Assembly (NCBI GenBank): GCA_035633875.1
Contig: DASQEB010000617.1
Span: 1 to 48,675, forward strand
Reading direction: 5' to 3'
DNA from: Thermoanaerobaculia bacterium
GTDB lineage: Bacteria; Acidobacteriota; Thermoanaerobaculia; Multivoradales; UBA5704
DNA length: 48,675 bases
Below are positions 26,137-34,935 of this stretch, piece by piece. Numbering within the stretch: the stretch's first letter is position 1; the number at the start of each line of letters is the position of its first letter. Both the position numbers and the translations under genes were made by a program. The notes under the pieces are model-generated. The model made no database searches, was not told the DNA's origin, and saw nothing but the letters and a program-made list of their open reading frames with translations.

Positions 26137-28458
26137 ATGCCCACGACCGTCCTGGAACCCCGGTTCATCGAGATCATCGCTTCGGAGGTGGGGTGCAGGC
26201 CCCAGCAGGTGACCGCTGCCGCGGACCTGTTCGCGGAGGGGGCGACCGTCCCGTTCGTCGCCCGCTATCGCAAGGAGGCCACCGGGGGACTCGAAGACCT
26301 CCAGCTCGAAAACATCTTCAAGCGCCGGGAGTACTTCCTGGAGCTGACCGACCGCCGCGATGCCATCCTGGAAAGCATCCGCGAGCAGGGCAAGCTCACC
26401 GAGGAGCTGGAGGCGGCCCTCCGCGCCGCCACGACCAAGCAGGAGCTGGAGGATCTCTACCTCCCCTACAAGCCGAAGCGCCGCACCCGGGCCCAGATCG
26501 CCCAGGAAAAGGGCCTGGAGCCCCTGGCCGACGCCCTCCTGGCCAACGCCGCCACTCGCGCTTTCCCCGAGGAGCTGGCCCGGCCGTTCATCGATGCGGA
26601 GAAGGGGGTCGCGGATGCCGCTGCGGCCCTGGCCGGGGCGCGGGACATCCTGGCCGAGCGGATGTCGGAGAGCGCCGAGATCCGCGCCGACCTGCGCAAG
26701 GTCCTGGCCACCGAGGGCGTCCTGCGCGTGCGCGTCCTCCCTGACAAAGAGAAGGATCCTGAGGCCGCCACCTACCGCGACTACTTCGAGCACGACGAGC
26801 CGGGCAAGGACATCCCCTCGCACCGCCTGCTCGCGGTGCTTCGCGGCGAGCGCGAGGGTTTCCTGATCTCCGATCTCCGCATCGACGACGAGCGGGAGGT
26901 CGAGAGCCTCGGCCGCACCTGGGGCGTGCCCCTGGACACCCCCTGCGGCAAGGAGATCGCCGCCGCCACCGCGGACGGCTACAAGCGGCTGCTGCGCCCC
27001 TCGATCACCAACGAGGTCCGGTCCGAGATGCGCGAGCGTGCCGAGGCGCAGGCCATCGCCGTCTTCCGGGCCAACCTGGAGGCTCTCCTGCTCCAGGCTC
27101 CCCTGGGCCAGGTGCCCGTGATGGGGCTCGATCCCGGCTACCGGACCGGCTGCAAGCTGGCGGTGGTGGACGGCACCGGCCGGATGGTGGCCACGGACAT
27201 CATCCATCCCATTCAGCCCCATGCGGACGAGGCCGGGGCCGCCCGCACCGTGGTCGGGTTGATCAAGAAGCACGGCGTCCACGCCGTGGCCGTGGGCAAC
27301 GGCACGGCGAGCCGCGAGACCGAGGCCTTCGCCCGCAAGGCCGTCCAGGAGGCGGGCCTCGAAAAGGTCGTCGTGGCGATCGTCCCCGAGACCGGCGCCT
27401 CCGTCTATTCGGCCTCGGCCGTGGCCCGGGAGGAGCTGCCGCAGCTCGATGTCTCCCTGCGGGGCGCCGTCTCCATCGCCCGCCGCCTGCAGGACCCCCT
27501 GGCCGAGCTGGTCAAGATCGAGCCCCGCTCCATGGGCGTGGGCCAGTACCAGCACGACGTGGACCAGAAGTCCCTGGACAAGGAGCTGGACACCGCCGTC
27601 GAGGGCGCGGTCAACCGCGTGGGCGTGGAGCTGAATACCGCCTCGGCCTCCCTGCTGCGGCGGGTCTCGGGCCTCTCCGAGCGGCTGGCCAACAACATCG
27701 TGGCCCACCGGGACACCAACGGCCCGTTCCGCTCCAGGAAGTCGCTCCTCAAGGTGACCGGCTTCGGCCCCAAGACCTTCGAGCTCTCCGCCGGCTTCCT
27801 CCGCATCCGCGAAGGGGAGAACCCCCTGGACCGTACGGCCGTCCACCCCGAGCGCTACGAGGTGGTGGAGAAGATGGCTGAGGCCGTGAAGGTCCCGGTC
27901 TCCGACCTGGTGGGCAACCGCGACGTGGTCGGCAAGCTGGACTTCTCGCGCTTCGCCGACGAGAGCCACGGCCTGGGCAGGTTCACCCTGGAGGACATCC
28001 GCAACGAGCTCCTCCGCCCGGGCCGCGACCCGCGCCCCGAGTTCAAGACCCCCGAGTGGCGGGCGGACGTCACCACGGTCAAGGACATCCAGCCCGGCAT
28101 GGTCCTGGAGGGCCGGGTCTCGAACGTCGCCAATTTCGGAGCCTTCGTGGACATCGGGGTCCACCGCGACGGCCTCGTCCACGTCTCCGAGCTCACCCAC
28201 CGCTGGGTGGCGGACCCCCGCGACGCCGTCAAGGTGGGGGAGATCGTCAAGGTGAAGGTCCTGGAGGTGGACTACCAGCGCGAGCGCATCAGCCTCTCCA
28301 TCAAGGCCCTCCAGCAGCCTCCGGCCGAAGGCCGCCCCGCCACCGGCAGCGCCGGCCGCGGCGGCCGCCCCGGAGGCCCTCCCCCGGCAAAGCCGCAGCC
28401 GCCGAAACCGGGGTCGACGGTCGAGGATTTGATGCGGAAGTTCAACCGGGGGCGGTAG
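26137..28458 (+). CDS. tex: Tex-like transcription accessory protein (YqgF/RuvC-like, HhH and S1 domains)
   Basis: 773 aa starting at MPTTVLEPRF. It has the VPFVARYRKE motif, DLYLPYKPKRRTRA, GLDPGYRTGCK (YqgF), and the C-terminal S1 domain GRVSNVANFGAFVDIG. The 1631-aa track ORF (23563..28458) is an out-of-frame shadow of the tricorn gene fused to tex. Confidence 0.93.
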   Translation: MPTTVLEPRFIEIIASEVGCRPQQVTAAADLFAEGATVPFVARYRKEATGGLEDLQLENIFKRREYFLELTDRRDAILESIREQGKLTEELEAALRAATTKQELEDLYLPYKPKRRTRAQIAQEKGLEPLADALLANAATRAFPEELARPFIDAEKGVADAAAALAGARDILAERMSESAEIRADLRKVLATEGVLRVRVLPDKEKDPEAATYRDYFEHDEPGKDIPSHRLLAVLRGEREGFLISDLRIDDEREVESLGRTWGVPLDTPCGKEIAAATADGYKRLLRPSITNEVRSEMRERAEAQAIAVFRANLEALLLQAPLGQVPVMGLDPGYRTGCKLAVVDGTGRMVATDIIHPIQPHADEAGAARTVVGLIKKHGVHAVAVGNGTASRETEAFARKAVQEAGLEKVVVAIVPETGASVYSASAVAREELPQLDVSLRGAVSIARRLQDPLAELVKIEPRSMGVGQYQHDVDQKSLDKELDTAVEGAVNRVGVELNTASASLLRRVSGLSERLANNIVAHRDTNGPFRSRKSLLKVTGFGPKTFELSAGFLRIREGENPLDRTAVHPERYEVVEKMAEAVKVPVSDLVGNRDVVGKLDFSRFADESHGLGRFTLEDIRNELLRPGRDPRPEFKTPEWRADVTTVKDIQPGMVLEGRVSNVANFGAFVDIGVHRDGLVHVSELTHRWVADPRDAVKVGEIVKVKVLEVDYQRERISLSIKALQQPPAEGRPATGSAGRGGRPGGPPPAKPQPPKPGSTVEDLMRKFNRGR

Positions 28459-28629
28459 GCTCTGGCTCTGGAAGGCATGCCGGAAGGAGTGGACCTTTCG
28501 GCGAGCGGCAATCCATCACGCTACTCGGGTACAGAGACTGATATACTTGTTGGTATGCGACACGGACACGAGCGGCTCGAAGCCCAAGAGAACCTTGCGA
28601 CACCGGAGGTGGGGGCCTATCCTGAGTCC

Positions 28630-28878
28630 ATGAAGAAAACGGTCCGGCTGGATGACGACGTTGCCGCCCTCGTCGAGCAGGCCGGTCGGGAGCGCTCGAT
28701 GAATCCGGAGGAAGTCGTCAACCAGGTCCTCCGGGAAGACTTGTCCCGCGTTCTGGTCACCCCTGGGAAGGGTGAGCGACGGGAGCCGAAAGTCTTCAAC
28801 CTTGGCCCCTGCTTCTTGGACAATCTGGACGACATCAGCGGAGTGTTGGCGATCACCGAAGGAGAAGACTACAAGTGA
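28630..28878 (+). CDS. VapB-like antitoxin
   Basis: 82 aa starting at MKKTVRLDDDVAALVEQ. GTGA 4-nt overlap with the PIN toxin gene. The longer track ORF begins at 28477. Confidence 0.65.
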   Translation: MKKTVRLDDDVAALVEQAGRERSMNPEEVVNQVLREDLSRVLVTPGKGERREPKVFNLGPCFLDNLDDISGVLAITEGEDYK

Positions 28879-29300
28879 TCGTGGTGGACGCCAATCTGCT
28901 GATCTACTCCTCGATCGGAACCCTGCCTCAGCACAAAGCTTCTTACAGATGGCTGCGGCGGCAGCTTGAAGAGTTGCCGCGGGTCGGTATGCCTTGGTCA
29001 TCCTTGTTGGCGTTCGTCCGGATCGCCAGCAATTCCAGGCTGTTTGCCAGCGCGTTGTCGATCAGGGCAGCTTGGGAACAAGTCGAGATCTGGCTTTCGT
29101 GGCCTTCCGTCTGGATTCCGGTACCGACCCACAGGCACCCCGAGATTCTCGGCTCTCTCCTGTGCCTTCCAGGAATGAGCCCCAGGCATGTGCCGGACGC
29201 CCATATTGCGGCTCTCGCGATCGAGCACGATCTCACTTTGTGTAGCAACGACGGAGGCTTCTCCAAGTTCCCCGGCTTGCGGTGGCAGAACCCGATCTAG
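28875..29300 (+). CDS. vapC: PIN-domain ribonuclease toxin (VapC family)
   Basis: 141 aa. N-terminal VVDANLLIY (first acidic residue), DAHIAALAIEH, and a C-terminal SNDGGF motif. Confidence 0.85.
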   Translation: MIVVDANLLIYSSIGTLPQHKASYRWLRRQLEELPRVGMPWSSLLAFVRIASNSRLFASALSIRAAWEQVEIWLSWPSVWIPVPTHRHPEILGSLLCLPGMSPRHVPDAHIAALAIEHDLTLCSNDGGFSKFPGLRWQNPI

Positions 29301-29330
29301 ATCCATCCAGACAGACCGGCGCCGGCTGGC

Positions 29331-29684
29331 TCAGTGCACCGTCTCGGAATCGTCGTCGAAGCAGAGGTCGATGGGGACGGCGCAGAGCTCGATCTCGAAC
29401 CACTCGAGGAAGGTCTCGAAGTCCCTCTCCTCGGGCCAGGTCGCCTCGTCCTCGTCCCAGCTCGCGAGCTCGTGCTCGAAGATCATGGGGAAGTACTCCT
29501 CCAGGACCTGCATGCCCTGCTCGGTGGAGTCGAACTCGGGGACGAGATAGAGGAAGGCCTCTCCGTTCGGATCGGGCGTCATCCCATCTCCATTTTCAAC
29601 GGCCCAGTCGATGTACGGCTGCTTGGGCCGGACGATGACGGCGGAGCGGCTCGGGGAGTACATGGCAGGACATTCTATGTCCAT
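29331..29684 (-). CDS. hypothetical acidic protein
   Basis: 117 aa, with a possible later start at MYSPSRS. It is very acidic (EFDSTEQG.., WDEDEATWPEERDFETFLEWFE). I recognise no family. It is convergent with vapC. Confidence 0.5.
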   Translation of the reverse strand: MDIECPAMYSPSRSAVIVRPKQPYIDWAVENGDGMTPDPNGEAFLYLVPEFDSTEQGMQVLEEYFPMIFEHELASWDEDEATWPEERDFETFLEWFEIELCAVPIDLCFDDDSETVH

Positions 29685-29972
29685 CAGGAGCGCCGTTTGT
29701 CTCTGGTTGCTTGACAGCTCACGGGAGGAGGGGCCGGGCCGGGGTGGGAGCGATGCGATGCTCCACCCCGGCTCCGGTTTGGGGAGGGAGGCTATGGGCG
29801 GAACGGAGGTCGCTGGGGAGCAAGGGCTGCGTCCCCACCTCCTTGAAAACCGTCTTCATGCCTCTTCATACGAATCGAGGAAGCGAAAGGTTTATGCTTT
29901 CTTGTTTCGAAAATCATCGGGAACTTTTCCTCGCTTCGAGCGTTTTGAACGATTCGGGATACGATCCTCCCC

Positions 29973-31511
29973 ATGCGCCTCTCCGATCTCGTCGCAACCT
30001 CCCGCCGCGTCGCCGAGACCCGGTCCCGCGCGGAGAAGATCGGAGCGCTGGCGGACCTCCTGCGGCGCCTTGGCCCCGAGGAGATCGACATCGCCGTCGC
30101 TTTCCTCTCGGGCCACCTGCGACAGGGGCGGATCGGCCTCGGGGGCGCCGCGGTGCGCAACGCCCTGCCAGGGACGGCCGCCCAGGAGCCATCCCTCCCA
30201 CTGCGAGAGGTGGATGCCGCCTTCGAGCGGATCGCCGGGGTGATCGGTACGGGCTCCACGGCAGAGCGGGCCCGCCTCCTCTCCGATCTGCTGTCCCGGG
30301 CGACCCGGGAGGAGCAGGACTTCCTGGCGCGCCTGATTTTCGGTGAGCTGCGCCAGGGCGCCCTGGCGGGCCTCATGGCCGAGGCTCTGGCCGCCGCGGC
30401 GGAGGTTCCGGCGGACGAGGTGCGGCGGGCGCTCATGCTCGCCGGAGAGCTGCCGGCCGTGGCTCGGGCCGTCCTGACCGAGGGCCGGGCCGGCCTCGGC
30501 TGTTTCCATCTCCAGCTCTTCCGCCCCCTCCAGCCCATGCTCGCCCAGCCGGCCGGGGACGTCTCCGAGGCCCTGGGGCGTCTCGGCGAGGCTGCCCTGG
30601 AGCTCAAGCTCGACGGCGCCCGCATCCAGGTCCACAAGGCGGAGGACGACGTCCGCGTCTTCTCCCGCCGCGGCCATGACGTCACTCAGGCCGTGCCGGA
30701 GCTCGTCGAAACCGTCCAGGCGCTTCCGCCCCGGCAGCTCCTCCTGGACGGCGAGGTCATCGCCCTGCGGCCGGACGGCGCGCCCCATCCCTTCCCGATC
30801 ACCATGCGCCGCTTCGGCCGGAAGCTGGACGTCCCCCGTCTCCGGGGTGAGCTCCCCCTGACCCCCTTCTTCTTCGACCTCCTCCATGTGGATGGCGAGG
30901 ACCTGATCGACCGGCCGGCCGGCGAACGCTTCGCAGCCCTGGGGGAGGCCACCCCCGGGCTCGCCGTGCCGCGCATCGTGACCGCCGATCCCGAGGAGGC
31001 CGACGCCTTCTTCGAAAGTGCGCTCGCCGGTGGCCACGAGGGGATCATGGCCAAGGCCGTGGACGCCCCCTACGAGGCGGGCCGGCGCGGCTCCTCCTGG
31101 CTCAAGATCAAGCCCGCCCACACCCTGGACCTGGTCGTCCTCGCCGCCGAGTGGGGTCACGGCCGGAGACAGGGATGGCTGTCGAACCTCCATCTCGGCG
31201 CGCGCGATCCCGAGCACGGCGGTTTCGTCATGCTCGGCAAGACCTTCAAGGGCTTGACCGACGAGATGCTCGCCTGGCAGACGAAGAGATTCCAGGAGCT
31301 GGCCCTCGGAACCGACGGCTGGACCGTCCACCTCCGCCCGGAGATCGTCGCGGAGATCGCCTTCAGCGACGTCCAGGAGAGCCCCCAATACCCCGCCGGC
31401 ATGGCCCTCCGCTTCGCCCGCGTCAAGCGCTACCGCGAGGACAAGACGGCGGCGGAGGCGGACACGATCGAAACGGTGCGGAAGATCTTCGGTGTGGGGC
31501 GGGAGGGCTGA
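29973..31511 (+). CDS. ATP-dependent DNA ligase (Lig1/LigB-like, three-domain)
   Basis: 512 aa. Adenylation motif I ELKLDGARIQ (KxDG), motif EGIMAK, WLKIKP, and OB-fold C-terminal motifs. Confidence 0.9.
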   Translation: MRLSDLVATSRRVAETRSRAEKIGALADLLRRLGPEEIDIAVAFLSGHLRQGRIGLGGAAVRNALPGTAAQEPSLPLREVDAAFERIAGVIGTGSTAERARLLSDLLSRATREEQDFLARLIFGELRQGALAGLMAEALAAAAEVPADEVRRALMLAGELPAVARAVLTEGRAGLGCFHLQLFRPLQPMLAQPAGDVSEALGRLGEAALELKLDGARIQVHKAEDDVRVFSRRGHDVTQAVPELVETVQALPPRQLLLDGEVIALRPDGAPHPFPITMRRFGRKLDVPRLRGELPLTPFFFDLLHVDGEDLIDRPAGERFAALGEATPGLAVPRIVTADPEEADAFFESALAGGHEGIMAKAVDAPYEAGRRGSSWLKIKPAHTLDLVVLAAEWGHGRRQGWLSNLHLGARDPEHGGFVMLGKTFKGLTDEMLAWQTKRFQELALGTDGWTVHLRPEIVAEIAFSDVQESPQYPAGMALRFARVKRYREDKTAAEADTIETVRKIFGVGREG

Positions 31512-31565
31512 GGTCGATTCCAGCGGAGCGGCCCGGAACGCTCCGATTCCTGATACCTTTTTCCC

Positions 31566-32249
31566 GTGCGCCGGGCCGACCGCCTGTTCCAGATCGTCCA
31601 GATCCTCCGCCGAAGGCGGCTGACCACCGCCCGCCATCTGGCGGAGAGCCTGGAGATCTCCGAGCGGACGGTCTATCGCGACATCCGCGATCTCGCGGCC
31701 TCGGGGGTGCCCATCGAGGGGGAGGCCGGGGTCGGATACCGGCTCCGGGGGTTCGACCTCCCTCCCCTGATGTTCAACCGGGAAGAGGTGGAAGCCCTGG
31801 TGCTCGGGGCGCGGATCGTCCAGTCGTGGACCGACCCGGAGCTCGCCCGGGCCGCGTCCGAAGCCCTTGCCAAGATCGAGGCCGCCCTTCCGCAGGACCG
31901 GAGCCACCTCGTCGATGGCACGCCGCTTTTCGCGCCGAGGGACCACTGGCGCATCGAGACCGCCGTGGACCTCCCCACGCTGCGTCGGGCCATCCGAGAA
32001 TCCCGGAAGCTCCGCTTCCGCTACATCGATGCCGGGGGGACGCCGTCCGAGCGGACGGTGCGCCCCCTCGGCCTCTCCTTCTATGGTCCGGTGTGGATCC
32101 TCGCCGCCTGGTGCGAGTTGCGGCAGGATTTCCGCGCGTTCCGCTTGGACCGCATCCAGGACCTGGAGGTGCTCCCCGGCAGCTTCCCGCCCGAGCCGGG
32201 GCGCACGCTCCAGGACTTCATCACGGCGATGAACGTGACGCCGGCCTAG
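31566..32249 (+). CDS. YafY-family transcriptional regulator (HTH + WYL domain)
   Basis: 227 aa with a GTG start. N-terminal RLFQIVQILRRRRLTTARHLAESLEISERTVYRDIRDL, then a WYL-type domain (RFRYID..ERTVRPLGLSFYGPVWILAAWCELRQDFRAFRLDRI). Confidence 0.85.
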   Translation: MRRADRLFQIVQILRRRRLTTARHLAESLEISERTVYRDIRDLAASGVPIEGEAGVGYRLRGFDLPPLMFNREEVEALVLGARIVQSWTDPELARAASEALAKIEAALPQDRSHLVDGTPLFAPRDHWRIETAVDLPTLRRAIRESRKLRFRYIDAGGTPSERTVRPLGLSFYGPVWILAAWCELRQDFRAFRLDRIQDLEVLPGSFPPEPGRTLQDFITAMNVTPA

Positions 32250-32380
32250 TTTTGTGGGGGGAAAGGCTCGTCACCAGTCGGGAGGGCCTCCTCCCCACTC
32301 GAAAATCGCCCTCCCCGGTGGGAAGAAAGGGATGGACCGGGATTGAGGGGGCGTCTGCTTGGCCACGGACAGAGGGAGAG

Positions 32381-32869
32381 TCAGGCCGTCACCGGGGAAG
32401 GCTCCTCCATGTAGGGCATGGCCGGCACGCGGCCGAGGAGGCGGGAGTAGACCGTCAGCGCTCCACGGTGGTGGGCCGTGTGGTCCACGAGCGCGCCCAC
32501 GATGGCGGCGCGGGGTCCGTCCATGATGCCGGGCGGCAGCGGCTGCGAGAGCTCCTCGGCCGAGCTCGAGCCGATCTTCCGGATGGCCCGGTCGAACGCG
32601 GCATCCAGCCAGGCCCGCGCCTCGGTCAGCGAGCGGGCTTCCGCGATCTCCCGCCCGAGCTTGTCCCAATCCATGTCGAAGCCTTCCGGCCGGAAGGCTC
32701 CCTCGAGGAACCAGTCCACCGTCTGGGCCGCGTGGGCCACCTGTTGCGCCACCGTCCACGTCCCTTCTACCGGGGAGAACGTCGAATCCTCCTCCCGCAG
32801 GCAGCTCGTGGACGTGTCGAAGAACTTCTTGGTCGACTTCAGCTCGGCAACCAGTGTTTCCGGGGTCAT
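32381..32869 (-). CDS. DinB-family (DinB_2-like) four-helix-bundle metalloprotein
   Basis: 162 aa. His triad pattern: VAHAAQTVDWF ... LVDHTAHHRGAL. Confidence 0.8.
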   Translation of the reverse strand: MTPETLVAELKSTKKFFDTSTSCLREEDSTFSPVEGTWTVAQQVAHAAQTVDWFLEGAFRPEGFDMDWDKLGREIAEARSLTEARAWLDAAFDRAIRKIGSSSAEELSQPLPPGIMDGPRAAIVGALVDHTAHHRGALTVYSRLLGRVPAMPYMEEPSPVTA

Positions 32870-33006
32870 CTCATCTCCTCCTTCATCGTTCTCTCGGGTT
32901 GGTTCCTGCGACCAAGGAGAGTCTCGCTCAGGGCTCCTGACAGCGTCGTGTCAGGAGCGTAAACGGGACGTTTGTTCCGCCTGTTGTTTCCGGAAGGACC
33001 TTCTGG

Positions 33007-33033
33007 CGCAAACAAGGGGTGGCCTTGTTTGCG
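33007..33033 (-). terminator. hairpin downstream of the TIR-like gene (terminator candidate)
   Basis: CGCAAACAAGG / CCTTGTTTGCG is a perfect 11-bp stem with a 5-nt loop, about 25 nt past the stop at 33059. There is no clear U tract. A second 10-bp hairpin lies at 32933-32958. Confidence 0.35.
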
Positions 33034-33058
33034 TCGGCGAAAACAAACCTTCGTGCGG

Positions 33059-34156
33059 TCAGAGCCGGTTCGTCCACCTCAGACGGGCATGCTGGCGAAG
33101 GATCTGTGTGTAGGCGTCGAGATAGGCGCCGAAGAGGCTGCCCGGGTCTTCCCGTTGCTCGAGGAGGAGAGACGGGAGCTCCTGGGATTCCAGGCCGCCG
33201 CAGGCGGAGATGATCATCCGGTGGTCGAAGCGGAGGAGGGAGGGGCAGGGGGCCAGCGGGGAGACGTAGAGGCTCACGGTCGCCCTGGCGCGGTCGCCCA
33301 CAAGGGTCCCGAGGGCTTCGATGGTTTCGGCCAGGTCTGCGGCGGAGCCGGGCCGGAGGACGCGGGCCAGGTCGCTTCCGGGATCGAGGACGAGGAGGTT
33401 GGCCTCCCCTCTCGTCTCGCGGGCGAAGCGCCGCAGCCCGCCGAGCACGGACCTCAGCGTGGAAGAAGGGAGGAAGGCGACGTCGACGCGCTCCCGGGCC
33501 GAGTCGACGAGCCCCTCGATGTCCAGGCCTCCGGGCCGCGGTGCCACGTCCCGCAGGCCGAGCGCGGAGAGCCGCGCGAGACCGAGCCCTCCGCGGGCGA
33601 GAGCCTCCTCGTCGATCTGCACGAAGGCGGGCGGGCGGGCCGGCCGGGTCTCTCCGGAGATCTCCCCAACCCACCGGTCGATCAGCTCCCGGACGCCGGA
33701 GTCGCTCTGGTAAGGCCAGTGCAGATCCTTGATGAGATCGAAGGGGACCTGGGGAAGGGAGGCGTGCCTCAGGATCAGGCAGCTCTTCCGCTGCAGGTGC
33801 ATCATCCCGAGCTCGTAGGCGACGTTGGGGCTGAAGGCCTGGCCTTCCTCGGGCTCGTCGAACAGGGCGAGGCCGTACTTGCAGCAGGAGAGGACGGCGA
33901 CGGGGTTGTAGACGTTGCCGGTGATGTTCCACTCGGGCTGATCGGCCCTCACCCCCTGGAAGCCGTGCCGCGCGAGGGTCTCGATGATGTGGTCGGACAG
34001 GTCCGCGTTCGCGGTGCGGAACCGGAGCATCAGGAAGACGTTGCGCTCGTAGGGGAAGCGCTCGAGCCGCGAGAGGATCTCGGCCTTGAAGCCCACGAGG
34101 GGCTTCAAAAGCGGGAAGGTCCCCTCGCCAGGGATGTACAGCGCGTCCTGCAACAT
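33059..34156 (-). CDS. TIR-like / nucleoside deoxyribosyltransferase-like Rossmannoid domain protein with unknown Arg/Leu-rich C-terminal domain
   Basis: 365 aa. The N-terminal approx. 150 aa follow the TIR-like/NDT pattern: VFLMLRF ... GVRAD ... ALFD ... SPNVAYELGMMHLQRKSCLIL ... PFDL. The last approx. 200 aa match no family I recognise. It is the last gene of a three-gene minus-strand operon. Confidence 0.7.
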   Translation of the reverse strand: MLQDALYIPGEGTFPLLKPLVGFKAEILSRLERFPYERNVFLMLRFRTANADLSDHIIETLARHGFQGVRADQPEWNITGNVYNPVAVLSCCKYGLALFDEPEEGQAFSPNVAYELGMMHLQRKSCLILRHASLPQVPFDLIKDLHWPYQSDSGVRELIDRWVGEISGETRPARPPAFVQIDEEALARGGLGLARLSALGLRDVAPRPGGLDIEGLVDSARERVDVAFLPSSTLRSVLGGLRRFARETRGEANLLVLDPGSDLARVLRPGSAADLAETIEALGTLVGDRARATVSLYVSPLAPCPSLLRFDHRMIISACGGLESQELPSLLLEQREDPGSLFGAYLDAYTQILRQHARLRWTNRL

Positions 34157-34935
34157 TCCGACGGCCTTGCCAGCTCATGACCGATGTCGGTCAGCCCTGC
34201 GAAGAGGTGGAGCCAGAGGCTCGCGAGGGCATCGGCCACGGCCTCCTGCCGTTCGAACGCCACGAGCTCCTCGGGCGCCAGCCACCGGGGATCCAGGCCG
34301 TAGCTCGAGTTGGGCCGGTGACCGAGGGCGTGATGGGCCAGCTCGTGGCAGACGCACAGAGCCTGATGGCCCGGCCTAAGGTTTCTTTTGAGATAGATGA
34401 CGGATCGCGATCGGGTCTGGAGGAGGAAGGCGTCCATTTCGTCGAGGGAGCCCGGCTCGACTTCGATGCCCCAATGGCTCGCCAGGCTCCTGGCCCAGGG
34501 GAGCAAGGCGCCTTCCGTCCCCGATCCATGGCCCCGGATCTCCAGCTCCAAAGGTTTGGATGCCAGGCTCCTGGTGATCTGTTTCCAGGCGAAGCCCAGC
34601 GCCCGGGGAGGTCCGCCGAGGAGGAAGAGCCCGTCCTCATGCTCCCGAAGCTGCCGGTCCGGATAGGAGCGGAGCCGGTTTCGAAGGAAGCCGTGCCGGT
34701 CCAGAGCACGCCCGCCCGGGGCGGGCGTGCCGGCGTGGAAGCGCAGGAGCAGTGTTCGGGAGGACCTGGACGTCTCGATGGAGAGCGACGAGAGATCGTC
34801 GGTGAACGAGGCTGGGGCTCGCGAGGCGGTGTGCGGCGCTGGCGGCTTGCCGAACCAGCTTCGAAACCGGTGGAGCATGCCGGTCTGCCCCAGAGACCCG
34901 GGACGGCGGTCTGCCAGATTGGAGATGTCCATCAC
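34105..34935 (-). CDS. ImmA/IrrE-family (M78) zinc metallopeptidase
   Basis: 276 aa. HExxH motif in the typical context VIYLKRNLRPGHQALCVCHELAHHALGH. ATGA overlap with the upstream HTH gene. Its 3' end overlaps the downstream ORF by 52 nt. Confidence 0.75.
   Translation of the reverse strand: MMDISNLADRRPGSLGQTGMLHRFRSWFGKPPAPHTASRAPASFTDDLSSLSIETSRSSRTLLLRFHAGTPAPGGRALDRHGFLRNRLRSYPDRQLREHEDGLFLLGGPPRALGFAWKQITRSLASKPLELEIRGHGSGTEGALLPWARSLASHWGIEVEPGSLDEMDAFLLQTRSRSVIYLKRNLRPGHQALCVCHELAHHALGHRPNSSYGLDPRWLAPEELVAFERQEAVADALASLWLHLFAGLTDIGHELARPSECCRTRCTSLARGPSRF

Noticed and set aside
23563-28458. 1631-aa ORF spanning the tricorn-like gene and tex.
   Set aside because: Its first approx. 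860 aa are an alternative frame of the tricorn-like gene with no motifs. A strong hairpin and an intergenic gap lie at 26039-26136. Tex starts cleanly at 26137 with its conserved N-terminus.
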